Shown piece after piece: positions 37,365-45,793 of a DNA stretch of 55,720 nucleotides. Below the pieces are notes generated by a model. That model saw only the letters and a program-made list of their open reading frames with translations. It was not told where the DNA came from and searched no databases. Positions within the stretch are counted from its first letter, which is position 1. Every line of letters starts with the position of its first letter. Both the position numbers and the translations under genes were made by a program. This DNA comes from a virus (taxonomy: Duplodnaviria > Caudoviricetes), in the IMG/VR virus record IMGVR_UViG_3300022685_000009, positions 1 to 55,720 of that record. One strand, given 5' to 3'.

Positions 37365-37813
37365 GCTGCCTCCTCAAAAATGTCATCCCATGGCCCCCAG
37401 TGTTCACTGCGAACCATTTGCTTAAGGGTTTCTTCTGGGGTGTACCGACGCACTTCGTCGTGGTCGATCTCGCCCAGCTCGTAGTAGTACTGGCGGGGAA
37501 TGTTCACCGCCTGACCGTTGGAGTAGTCCACCATGACAGTCAGGTGATTCATCTTCTCGCCAAGATCGATCTCCACCCACGCATGGGTGTGGCGGCGTCC
37601 GTCTAGGGGCCGGGTCACGCTGCCGTGGACACACCTCACCGACTTGATGTCAGCGTCGTACTTCGCCACCAACTCGTCGTCAATGAGGGCGATGCCTTCG
37701 GACACACCGGGTTCACTCATCAGGAACAGGCGGTCGGCGAAAGCGCCGGCGATGCTTGCCGCCACCACGAAACAATTTCCGTTCGCTTTCTCAGTCGTTT
37801 TCTTCGGGTACAT
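37361..37813 (-). CDS. Transglutaminase/papain-like fold protein
   Basis: GNCF...HG...HAWVE...D Cys-His-Asp pattern. Confidence 0.55.
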   Translation of the reverse strand: MYPKKTTEKANGNCFVVAASIAGAFADRLFLMSEPGVSEGIALIDDELVAKYDADIKSVRCVHGSVTRPLDGRRHTHAWVEIDLGEKMNHLTVMVDYSNGQAVNIPRQYYYELGEIDHDEVRRYTPEETLKQMVRSEHWGPWDDIFEEAA

Positions 37814-38196
37814 CAGGTTGCCTCCTTGTTGGCGGTGTTGGGAACCAGCGCCTCGTAGTGCTGGCGTAGGGCGGTCTTGAGTTGTTGCGCTTCAAGAACG
37901 ATCTCGTCCAGCAGCGTAGTCACGCGCTCGTCACTCAGGTCATCGCACCGGTTCAGGGTGATGGCGTTGCTGGCCACGATGTACACCCGCACCTCGGAGC
38001 CGATAAAGTTTTCCACCATGGTGCGAAGCTTGATGCTTGCTACCAGCAGGTCGGTAACAAAGAGGCGCCAGTCCGTCTGCGCTTCGGGGTTACCGGCTTG
38101 CTGGGCGATGTCGGTCAGCAAGTACTGGATCGTGCCGTGTTCGTTCTTCAGGTTTCTCTCCGCTGCGAGATACAGCGATGCGGTTGTGTTGCTCAT
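37813..38196 (-). CDS. Hypothetical protein
   Basis: AAGGAG RBS overlapping a 17-bp palindrome. Confidence 0.7.
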   Translation of the reverse strand: MSNTTASLYLAAERNLKNEHGTIQYLLTDIAQQAGNPEAQTDWRLFVTDLLVASIKLRTMVENFIGSEVRVYIVASNAITLNRCDDLSDERVTTLLDEIVLEAQQLKTALRQHYEALVPNTANKEAT

Positions 38197-38394
38197 GTCG
38201 TTGTCTCCTTGCTAGGTCTTAGCAGTCTCGGTTGTGAAAGGCAGCCTCCCCACCCCGGCGAACCGGGGCATGGTGGGGAGGCTTGGTTGCGGCTGCATCC
38301 ACGTAGGTACATGAACCTGATCATCAGGCGGGGGCGCCCTACGCTTTGCGGTATCGGCGGGCCGCACCGCCGATAGGAAAATGCGCCCCCCTTT

Positions 38395-39900
38395 CTACAT
38401 CTTCTCCATCGGCAGGACGCAGGTCTTGCCCAGTCCCATGCGGTTGGCTTTGACGATGAACTTGTCGGTGCACCCCCACCCGTTGTTAACGAGCCCCCAC
38501 AGCAGGGGCTTCATGCCAAGGCGGGTGCGCCAAAAATCGTTGACCTCTCGCACCTCGTAATCGGACACGCCGCCGTCAGTCAGGTAGCTGATCACGGCAC
38601 AGTCGCTGTGCTCCTTGGCGATGCGTTCGAAGGCGGGCATGAAGTGGGTGCCACCTCCGCACTTGCGGCGGCGAGTGTCGATCGTGTCGCCGGGCTTGTA
38701 GCTGAACACACCCTCGGGGGGGATGTCATCGGAACACCAGATCACTACAGCCTCGTCGAACTGGACGCTGTCGAGTGCGTGCTGAAGCTCGGCGAGAGCG
38801 TAGCTGATAGCCTGTCCGCTCGTGCTTCCCGACGAGTCGATAACGAACACAATCTTTCCCAACTCCTTGCCAACCTTGCCGGGTCGGATCGGTTGGTTAC
38901 GAGCCACGCTGCGACGTGACCTACGGGAGTAGCTGAAGCTGGTCGGGCCGTTGGACTCAGCGTAGCGGCTGAGCTGCTGCCGCCAGCCGAAGGTGGCTCG
39001 ATACTGCGAGCGTTCGATCTCGCGGATGAACGGGTCAGGCTCGCCACGCCCCTCGCTGATGCCACGCATCGGCTGTGTCATGCGCTCAGCGTTGTGCGAC
39101 TTGGCGGCGTTGTCCAGCTCCATCTCCTGAATCTCCTGCTCGCTGGGCACGTTGTCGATGTCGCCGGCGTACTCGTCCGGCAGCATGATGTCGTCACCGG
39201 CGCCAGCTTGGGCGTCATCGGGGGCGTCGCCCTCGTCGTCACCTGCTCCGCCTGCCCCGCCTGCGTCGTCGTCGTCGGTGTTACCGTCGTCGTTCGTCGC
39301 CTGCTTGTCGGCAGGGTCGTCGCTCGTGTCCGGCTCGTCGGCAGGGGGTGAGCCTGCGCCGGCACTGTCGTCACCTGCGCTGGTCTGCTCGCTGTCTTCG
39401 GGCGCACCGGCGCCGGGGTTACTCGGCGGCTGAAAGGCGGAGGGGTTTTTAAGCAGCTCGTTGGCGATGGACTCGGTGGTGTGACTCATCGGGTTGCACC
39501 GGGGGTCGTACAGCCAGCCATCCATGAGCGGCAAGCCCCACTCGTGCTTGATGATCCAGTTGATGAAGTAGTCCTGCGCTCGGTTGAAAACGTCCAGCAG
39601 TTCTTTGCGAGGCACGTCGGGGTGCAGCTTCGCCCACCGTTCGAAGCGGGGGAAGAAGTTAAGGAACTTGTGGTAAACCTCATGCACCAGAGCTGACATG
39701 CACAGCTCGACGCTGGCAGCCGCGAAGTAACTCGGGGCGTACCAAATCTTGCGGACGCAGTCGGTAGCAGCGGTGCGCACCGACTCGCGTGCCACGATCT
39801 GCATTTGCATCAGGTACATGGCGATGGTGACGAAGCGCACTTCCGTTTGCATGCGGTACACCGCACGTTGAAAGTTGCTGACTTCAGGTTCGTTGTTCAT
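38395..39900 (-). CDS. DUF2201-like metallopeptidase + vWA protein
   Basis: TAATD, HEVYH zincin motif, acidic linker, MIDAS DSSGS, GGGT, TDG. Confidence 0.85.
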   Translation of the reverse strand: MNNEPEVSNFQRAVYRMQTEVRFVTIAMYLMQMQIVARESVRTAATDCVRKIWYAPSYFAAASVELCMSALVHEVYHKFLNFFPRFERWAKLHPDVPRKELLDVFNRAQDYFINWIIKHEWGLPLMDGWLYDPRCNPMSHTTESIANELLKNPSAFQPPSNPGAGAPEDSEQTSAGDDSAGAGSPPADEPDTSDDPADKQATNDDGNTDDDDAGGAGGAGDDEGDAPDDAQAGAGDDIMLPDEYAGDIDNVPSEQEIQEMELDNAAKSHNAERMTQPMRGISEGRGEPDPFIREIERSQYRATFGWRQQLSRYAESNGPTSFSYSRRSRRSVARNQPIRPGKVGKELGKIVFVIDSSGSTSGQAISYALAELQHALDSVQFDEAVVIWCSDDIPPEGVFSYKPGDTIDTRRRKCGGGTHFMPAFERIAKEHSDCAVISYLTDGGVSDYEVREVNDFWRTRLGMKPLLWGLVNNGWGCTDKFIVKANRMGLGKTCVLPMEKM

Positions 39901-39974
39901 GTCGATCTCCTAGTTGCTGCCGCCTCGGTGTGAGGCGGCATGTTCGTTGACAACCTGCTGCTAAGGTTTAGCAA

Positions 39975-41114
39975 TCAGGCAAAGGAAAGCAGTTCGTCGG
40001 CGCCGTTGCCAAGCTGGCTCTCCAACTCCTTGCGGGCCTCGGCTGCGCCGCTACGGGATACGTTCTGCCCGGCCTCCATGCGGGTGGCAAGCTGGCCGAT
40101 GTTCTTCGCCAGCGAATCGCGGAGCTGCTCATTCTTCTTGAGCGTGTCGATGTCCACACCGTTGGTGATGGCGAGTGCCTCGGTGGCGTTGCGGGTCAGC
40201 GCACTGTCGCCGGTGACCTCGCCGATAGCTTGCGCCTGCTCAGCCTGCGCTCGTAGGTTGTCGATCAGCTTGGGGTTCAGCGGCACCTTGCGCTGGGACT
40301 TGCGCTTGCCCGTGGTGTTGTTCATCTTCTGCACCGTCTCAGCATCGCTTGCCAGCATGGCGGCAGTGAACGTGAGCGTGTTGGTGAACACAACGCTGAA
40401 GTTCTCCCAGCCCTTGAGCAGGTGGTCCTGCACCCACTTGAGCGTGTTCGCCTTGGCTTGCGCAGCGATGTCGTTGCGGGCCACGTCATCCATGTTGATG
40501 CGGATGTCGGTGGCCGGGAACTCGATGTACTCCAGCTCGATCGACCAGCGGTTCGACCACTCTTCGAAGTCTGGCCACAGTTCAGGGTCGAACATGGTGT
40601 TCAGCTCCAGCTCGGTGTCACGGCGCAGCTCACCCCACGCTTTCTCCAGCGCCTCCTTGCCCTCCTGCTGTGCGGTGCGGCATCGATCCACCGCCATCTC
40701 CAGCGCAGCGAGGCGGCGGCGTAGCACCACTGTCCACGTGCCATCCCACTTCGACAGTCCGAAGTTGGCGTTGCTCTCGTTGGCGGCGTGACCGCCGGCA
40801 TTCTCGGCCTTGCCCACAGTGAGCAGCTCACGGGCGGCATGCATCGGTGCGGACACCGGCGTCACGGCGCCGTTGGCGAACAGCTTATTTTTCACCGTCG
40901 CCCACTGCTCGTTGGCGTTGTGGCGGGAGGCAAGTGCGTTCCTCTCCGCCTTGTTGGCAACGGTGGTCGGTGCACGGGTGGCCACGATGCGGGCCAGCAC
41001 ACAGCCGTCGGCGATCTTCTGCACACGGGTGCCGCCGCCAATGGCTTCGCGGATGTCAGCGTCGCTGATCTCGCCGGTGCGGATCATTTCAAGTACGTCG
41101 TCTCGGTTACTCAT
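39975..41114 (-). CDS. Helical hypothetical protein, partner of the AAA+/vWA pair (DUF3150-like position)
   Basis: 379-aa ORF with RBS between the ATPase and vWA genes. Confidence 0.7.
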   Translation of the reverse strand: MSNRDDVLEMIRTGEISDADIREAIGGGTRVQKIADGCVLARIVATRAPTTVANKAERNALASRHNANEQWATVKNKLFANGAVTPVSAPMHAARELLTVGKAENAGGHAANESNANFGLSKWDGTWTVVLRRRLAALEMAVDRCRTAQQEGKEALEKAWGELRRDTELELNTMFDPELWPDFEEWSNRWSIELEYIEFPATDIRINMDDVARNDIAAQAKANTLKWVQDHLLKGWENFSVVFTNTLTFTAAMLASDAETVQKMNNTTGKRKSQRKVPLNPKLIDNLRAQAEQAQAIGEVTGDSALTRNATEALAITNGVDIDTLKKNEQLRDSLAKNIGQLATRMEAGQNVSRSGAAEARKELESQLGNGADELLSFA

Positions 41115-41158
41115 GTCTCATTCCTCTCGGTTGGGTTGGGTTGCTAAGACTTAGCAGG

Positions 41159-42259
41159 TCAGTCAGACCGGCGCAGTTCGTTGGTGCGGGTGTGGTACTG
41201 CTGCGCCACGCTGGTGGCGAACAGCTCGGGGTGGCGCTTGAGCACTGGATCAACGACCGCCCCCTGCGTCTCAAGCGGGAGCCTCTCAACGTAGCGCATG
41301 ACAGTGTCGAAGTTGTCCGGCGCCGTGCGGTTGCCGACGTTGGAGCACAGCATCATCATGCTGGCGGGGTCGTTGGGGATCGGCGCCTCGCTTGGTGACG
41401 ACAGGATGGCAGAGAAAGGTACCAGCTTGTCGCGCAGGGCAAACACGGCGGCGATCTTGAGCGCAGCGGCGTCATGAATGTGACGGGCAAGGGTCTGCAC
41501 TCGCATGCCGTGGGTGATCTCGGTAGCTGTAGCCTCGCAGTACCGCTCCAGCGCATTCATCGCGCGGCTGGCGGCATGCAGGGAGCGAGGGGTGCTGTTC
41601 CGCATGCGGGTCGGATCATAGTCCTTGATCAGGCCGTCACCTTCCATTTTCATGGCGGCGATGACGATAGGATTCTCCCGCTGCTCCAGCCCCCACTCGA
41701 TGCGCTCCTGCGCAGTCGGGCCAGTCCACCTGATGTGGCCGTGCCTGTTGCCGGTGACCGCATTGTCGATGCACTCCAGCGCACCGTCTTCGACACCGTT
41801 GGCGAGGCCGATGCGGAACACGTGCTCCGGCCCAGTCCAATGCCCAACACGGGGGCGGCGCCCTTCCATGAGCATCATCGCCACCTTGTTGGCACCCTTG
41901 AGCTTGATCTCATCGATCACGAGGGTGTCACCGTAGCGCAAGCCGCTCAGCGTGGGGTGCAGGTGTGACTGGAGCTGGTCGCTACGGTCAACGTAAAGGG
42001 GGCCGGGGAAATCATAGTCCTCGTACAGCCCGATGCGCACCGTGTGCGTCTGCGGCCCGTCAGGGTGGAGCAGGTCGGGGTCGAACCCGTCCTGCATGGC
42101 GGCGGTGTACGCCCCGTCTTCGGTGATGGCTTCGGCGATCTCGGTTTTGCCCAAACCGGGAATGCCTTCGACCACCGTTGTGTTACCGGCGGCGCGGTCA
42201 ACGCCAAGCGCCAGCTTCAGCGCCGCAACGCCGTGTACTACATGCATTTCCTTGTTCAT
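41159..42259 (-). CDS. MoxR-like AAA+ ATPase
   Basis: Walker A GIPGLGKT, Walker B LVIDE, sensor TPRS. Confidence 0.85.
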   Translation of the reverse strand: MNKEMHVVHGVAALKLALGVDRAAGNTTVVEGIPGLGKTEIAEAITEDGAYTAAMQDGFDPDLLHPDGPQTHTVRIGLYEDYDFPGPLYVDRSDQLQSHLHPTLSGLRYGDTLVIDEIKLKGANKVAMMLMEGRRPRVGHWTGPEHVFRIGLANGVEDGALECIDNAVTGNRHGHIRWTGPTAQERIEWGLEQRENPIVIAAMKMEGDGLIKDYDPTRMRNSTPRSLHAASRAMNALERYCEATATEITHGMRVQTLARHIHDAAALKIAAVFALRDKLVPFSAILSSPSEAPIPNDPASMMMLCSNVGNRTAPDNFDTVMRYVERLPLETQGAVVDPVLKRHPELFATSVAQQYHTRTNELRRSD

Positions 42260-42345
42260 GTCGATCTCCTAGTCGGTGGCTGCTAAGTCTTAGCAGCCTG
42301 TCTCGGTTGTGCTCGTCGTTGCCGACGTGCGGGTAAAGAAACCCC

Positions 42346-42374
42346 ACTATACCACATATCAGGTGGGGTATCAA
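42346..42374 (-). promoter_or_regulatory. Sigma70-like promoter for the AAA+ operon
   Basis: TTGATA-17 nt-TATAGT with TG extended -10; inverted repeat ACCCCAC/GTGGGGT overlaps it. Confidence 0.7.
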
Positions 42375-42392
42375 GTCTTGTGTAATGTACGA

Positions 42393-42797
42393 TCAGGTAA
42401 GGGCTGTAAGCTCCCATGATTCAGCCACTTTGTTAAGACGCGCGGGCCATTCGTTTGGGTTATGGTTATCGTGCGTACTTTGCAGATCGGCCAGCAGCAG
42501 CCAGTCCTCCGTAGTTTTCGCGCCGACCTCGTGCCTCAGCACCTCGTACAAGGGGCGTTGTACTTCGGATGGTTCCTCTCCTCTGCGCACATGATCGGCT
42601 ATCGCCTGCGCCACAGCGTTCTCCATGTCCTGCGTATACTTGCTGTCCGGGATCAACGCTCCGACAGCGCACTTGCTACCGTGGTACCCCCGGTACATGC
42701 AGCGGGTGGAGTTCATGTACGGGTCGCGCACTTCCGCCTTTTTGTTTTGCGTCAGCAGGTGGGCGGCCACCTTTTCAAATACCGCTTGTTTATCCAT
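42393..42797 (-). CDS. Conserved phage hypothetical protein
   Basis: CMYRG..G.KCAVGALIPD and LQ..HD pattern; GGAG RBS. Confidence 0.7.
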   Translation of the reverse strand: MDKQAVFEKVAAHLLTQNKKAEVRDPYMNSTRCMYRGYHGSKCAVGALIPDSKYTQDMENAVAQAIADHVRRGEEPSEVQRPLYEVLRHEVGAKTTEDWLLLADLQSTHDNHNPNEWPARLNKVAESWELTALT

Positions 42798-42800
42798 TGT

Positions 42801-42989
42801 TTAGTTCTCCATGTTGATGATGATTTCAGTCATAACGTCGTCGCTTATGACGGGTACGGGGTGGCACTTGCCGTCACCGTGGTGTTGCAGCCACAGCCAG
42901 TGGCTTAGCAACATGCCGGCGACGAAGAGCCCCGCTGCCAACATGATGGCAAGGAGCGCGTGCCAATCGGTTACAGCTCTGTCAGTCAC
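42801..42989 (-). CDS. Small membrane protein
   Basis: GGAGG RBS, GTGA overlap, one hydrophobic helix. Confidence 0.55.
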   Translation of the reverse strand: MTDRAVTDWHALLAIMLAAGLFVAGMLLSHWLWLQHHGDGKCHPVPVISDDVMTEIIINMEN

Positions 42990-43177
42990 GAGAGCCTCCG
43001 CTTTTCCAGCGACCGCTTGGCGACCTCGCACTCGTGCTTGAGGCGCTCGATCAGGCTCACGGTGGTGGGGCCGATCGCTCCTTCAAACTGGTGCGGTACC
43101 CGCTCCAGCATCCATGCGAGGGCGTCTGCCTCGCTCTCGGTCACGGCCAGCGTGATCCATTGCTTGTGTTGTGTCAT
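42986..43177 (-). CDS. Hypothetical protein
   Basis: AAGGAG RBS. Confidence 0.65.
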   Translation of the reverse strand: MTQHKQWITLAVTESEADALAWMLERVPHQFEGAIGPTTVSLIERLKHECEVAKRSLEKRRLS

Positions 43178-43235
43178 GCGTATCTCCTTGCCGCCGTGTC
43201 GGCGGCGATTGCTAAGGCTTAGCGGTACGCCAGCC

Positions 43236-43703
43236 TTACATGTTGTCGAAGTAGTCGTTCAGGGTTTGCAGGTCGCGCTCGTCCGGCTCTGCCCGGCAGT
43301 CTGCGCAGATCACTACGCCGTCCAGACTGTGCACGGTCACGGTGCCACCCGCGCTACGGGTTTGCGAGACTGTTTCTTCCCGCTCCCAGCTATCGCTACC
43401 GCACTCGGGGCAGGTGGGGTCGGCGGGCACGAGCAACACCAGTTTCCAGACGTACCACGTCGAGACCTCGTCGAAAAACGACACCTTCGTCAGGTGCCCG
43501 CTCTCGCTGGTCTCGCACTCGCACCGCTCGTTGATGAACGCACCGACGGGGGTGCCGGAGTGGCTACGCCACGGGATGGTCTCGTTTTCGATGGACTTAA
43601 TCATTCCGCGCTCAGCGGCGGCGGCGGTGTCGTACTTCGGGCCTACCCACGACTCCAGCTTGTCGCGCTTTGTGCGTGCACCGGTAAATGTGTGCTCAAG
43701 CAT
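43236..43703 (-). CDS. Zn-ribbon-containing hypothetical protein
   Basis: CPEC...CADC; AAGGAGG RBS. Confidence 0.65.
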   Translation of the reverse strand: MLEHTFTGARTKRDKLESWVGPKYDTAAAAERGMIKSIENETIPWRSHSGTPVGAFINERCECETSESGHLTKVSFFDEVSTWYVWKLVLLVPADPTCPECGSDSWEREETVSQTRSAGGTVTVHSLDGVVICADCRAEPDERDLQTLNDYFDNM

Positions 43704-43724
43704 GCTTGCCTCCTTGTTGGCAGT

Positions 43725-43766
43725 GTTGATGTTGATGTTGATGTTGATGTTGGTGTTGGTGTTGAT
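43725..43766 (-). repeat. Intergenic hexamer repeat (GTTGRT)x7
   Basis: Directly visible. Confidence 0.9.
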
Positions 43767-43786
43767 GAGCTGCTAAGTCTTAGCAG

Positions 43787-44110
43787 TTACGCGCGTCCGC
43801 CCAGTGCGGCCACGCGCTGCTCCCACTCGCGGATTTTCCGCTTGCTGGAGAAGAACCCCGGCGGGTTCGCCGTGAGCTGGTGTAGCTCCTGTTCGCGCGG
43901 GTCGGTGGTGGCCTCGGCGAGCACCCGCTGGGCCTCTTGTAGCTCGCGGTCTGCCTCCGCCTTGTCGGCGAGGAGCGCCAGCGCCTGCTTGATTGCAGCC
44001 GTATCTTCATTCGCCTGTTTGATGGCTGCCTGCACATCCTTCGGATCAGGCAGGTCGATGGTCTCGTCCGCGCCAAGGTAGTTGCGGATCAGGTCAATGT
44101 TCACGTTCAT
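43787..44110 (-). CDS. Hypothetical coiled-coil protein
   Basis: AGGAG RBS; stop abuts palindrome. Confidence 0.7.
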   Translation of the reverse strand: MNVNIDLIRNYLGADETIDLPDPKDVQAAIKQANEDTAAIKQALALLADKAEADRELQEAQRVLAEATTDPREQELHQLTANPPGFFSSKRKIREWEQRVAALGGRA

Positions 44111-44175
44111 GTCGTACTCCTATGTCATGCCCTAGGGCACCATGCCCTAGGGCGGGGGGTGTCTCCTGCTAAGAC

Positions 44176-44394
44176 TTAGCAGGTCGTAACTTTCGCAACC
44201 GGATACACCGGATACGTGAGCTGGCTCACGTGCAGGATGCGTCCGGTCTCGTGGCACACCACGTGGCGACCGTCGACCTTGTGATAGTCCCAGTCATCCG
44301 CGAGAACGGTGTACGTCTTGAACGCACCGTCGGCGACGGTGTCGCCCGGTGCGGCCTTGCGCACGGTGCGCAAGGCTTGCTCAGTTTTGCTCAT
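44176..44394 (-). CDS. Hypothetical protein
   Basis: AGGAGG RBS; stop codon supplied by the palindrome. Confidence 0.65.
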   Translation of the reverse strand: MSKTEQALRTVRKAAPGDTVADGAFKTYTVLADDWDYHKVDGRHVVCHETGRILHVSQLTYPVYPVAKVTTC

Positions 44395-44428
44395 GTTTAC
44401 CTCCTATAAGTTGCTAAGACTTAGCAGG

Positions 44429-44728
44429 TCAGATAACCCTGACCCACTTGTAGGTGTGGCGCGGGAAGGCACGCGACGTTCCCTGCCGCCGCATCTCCCA
44501 TCGCCGGACGCGCACACGGTCAGGCATGACCGCGCAAACGTGCGCGGTGCGGGCGTTTTTCTTCCACTCCGCATTGTTGGAGCCGCGCGATTTTTCGACC
44601 TGCTCTTGGCAGGTCTCTCGGGCGCGGGCTATGGCGTAATCAACGTTCTGCGCTAGGGCATCAACGATGATGCGCTGGTCTCCCTGTTCGAAGGTGACTT
44701 CGTACAAAGCCAACGTGTTCGTATCCAT
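44429..44728 (-). CDS. Hypothetical protein
   Basis: AGGAGG RBS. Confidence 0.65.
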   Translation of the reverse strand: MDTNTLALYEVTFEQGDQRIIVDALAQNVDYAIARARETCQEQVEKSRGSNNAEWKKNARTAHVCAVMPDRVRVRRWEMRRQGTSRAFPRHTYKWVRVI

Positions 44729-44737
44729 GCGTACCTC

Positions 44738-44851
44738 CTAGCGGTAGCGGTTGCCCGCCTTGGGGAAGGCGGGGGTGCGGTGGGCGGGGGTGTAACGGGC
44801 AGGTTTTCCCCTGCCTTGTAACCAGTTGCTAAGTCTTAGCAGCAGCTTCAT
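44738..44851 (-). CDS. 37-aa basic peptide (MKLLLRLSNW...)
   Basis: GAGGAG RBS; palindrome lies within the first ten codons. Confidence 0.5.
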   Translation of the reverse strand: MKLLLRLSNWLQGRGKPARYTPAHRTPAFPKAGNRYR

Positions 44852-44918
44852 GGGGTGTTCTCCTCGTAAAATGTAAACGGCTTCCGCGCCTTGTGGGCTG
44901 CTAAGTCTTAGCAGCGGT

Positions 44919-45140
44919 TCACTTGTACAGGTGCGTGATATCCACGCACTTACTGGGTGCGGCGGCCTCGCGGCGCCACGCGCCCCTGTCCTTGTGCCAG
45001 CGGTTGACCTTCGCCTTGCCCGCTCTGGCACGTTGGCGCGAGGACATCCATGGCTTCCTTGTCTCCTCGATGGCAGCGATGGAGCCGCCAAGGCAGGAAT
45101 TCACCTGATGGCCGGTGTCGGCGCGTTTCTGTGGGTTCAT
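44919..45140 (-). CDS. Small basic hypothetical protein
   Basis: AGGAG RBS. Confidence 0.6.
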   Translation of the reverse strand: MNPQKRADTGHQVNSCLGGSIAAIEETRKPWMSSRQRARAGKAKVNRWHKDRGAWRREAAAPSKCVDITHLYK

Positions 45141-45262
45141 GCACTTGCTCCTATGTAGTGGGTGATGTCATGCACATATCTTGCTCTGGCATGGGTAAAA
45201 GCTGCTAAGTCTTAGCAACCTTTACCCATGCCGCCCCGTGCGGGGCGGCTGGGGGTGTGGGC

Positions 45263-45793
45263 TTACCCTTCGTCCTTCGTGAATTCGGCCACGAATGCCT
45301 GCAAGTGAGCCAGCGCCTCAGGTGCCCAAGCGGCGGCCTCGCTACGGTGCGCAGCGGCGACCAGCTTAGCGGCGGCTTCAACGTACGCATCCAGCGGGTT
45401 TTCCTTATCAGCGGCCTTGGGCTTGCCCAGTGCGGCCTTGCCGGCCTTGCAGAGCGCGTTGAACGTCATGTCCGCCGCGTCATCGCCGGACACCCAGATG
45501 CCCACGGTGGCTTGCGCCATGTGGGTCACATAGCCACGGTAGGACGAGTCCGTACCGGCGCCCAGTTCCTCCCAGATCGTGCGGGGGCAACCTTCGCCCT
45601 TTTCCATGAGCAGAGCGCGGAAGCCGTCGACGTGCTCAAGAGCGGCCACCGTAGGCGTGCCATCCTTGCGCAGCGGCTTAGCGGGGCCGGACTTGGCGGC
45701 CTCGCGGGCCGTGATCAGGAACAGCGCGTTCGACTTGGCAAACTTGCGCAGGTTGGCGATGAACTGGGCGGTATTGATGATCGACTTAGCCAT
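45263..45793 (-). CDS. Ala/Lys-rich hypothetical protein, first gene of the leftward arm
   Basis: AGGAG RBS; followed by GC hairpin 45230-45249. Confidence 0.7.
   Translation of the reverse strand: MAKSIINTAQFIANLRKFAKSNALFLITAREAAKSGPAKPLRKDGTPTVAALEHVDGFRALLMEKGEGCPRTIWEELGAGTDSSYRGYVTHMAQATVGIWVSGDDAADMTFNALCKAGKAALGKPKAADKENPLDAYVEAAAKLVAAAHRSEAAAWAPEALAHLQAFVAEFTKDEG

Noticed and set aside
38321-38327. Hammerhead ribozyme from CUGAUGA on - strand (also 46021-46027)
   Set aside because: No correctly placed GAAA/stem II
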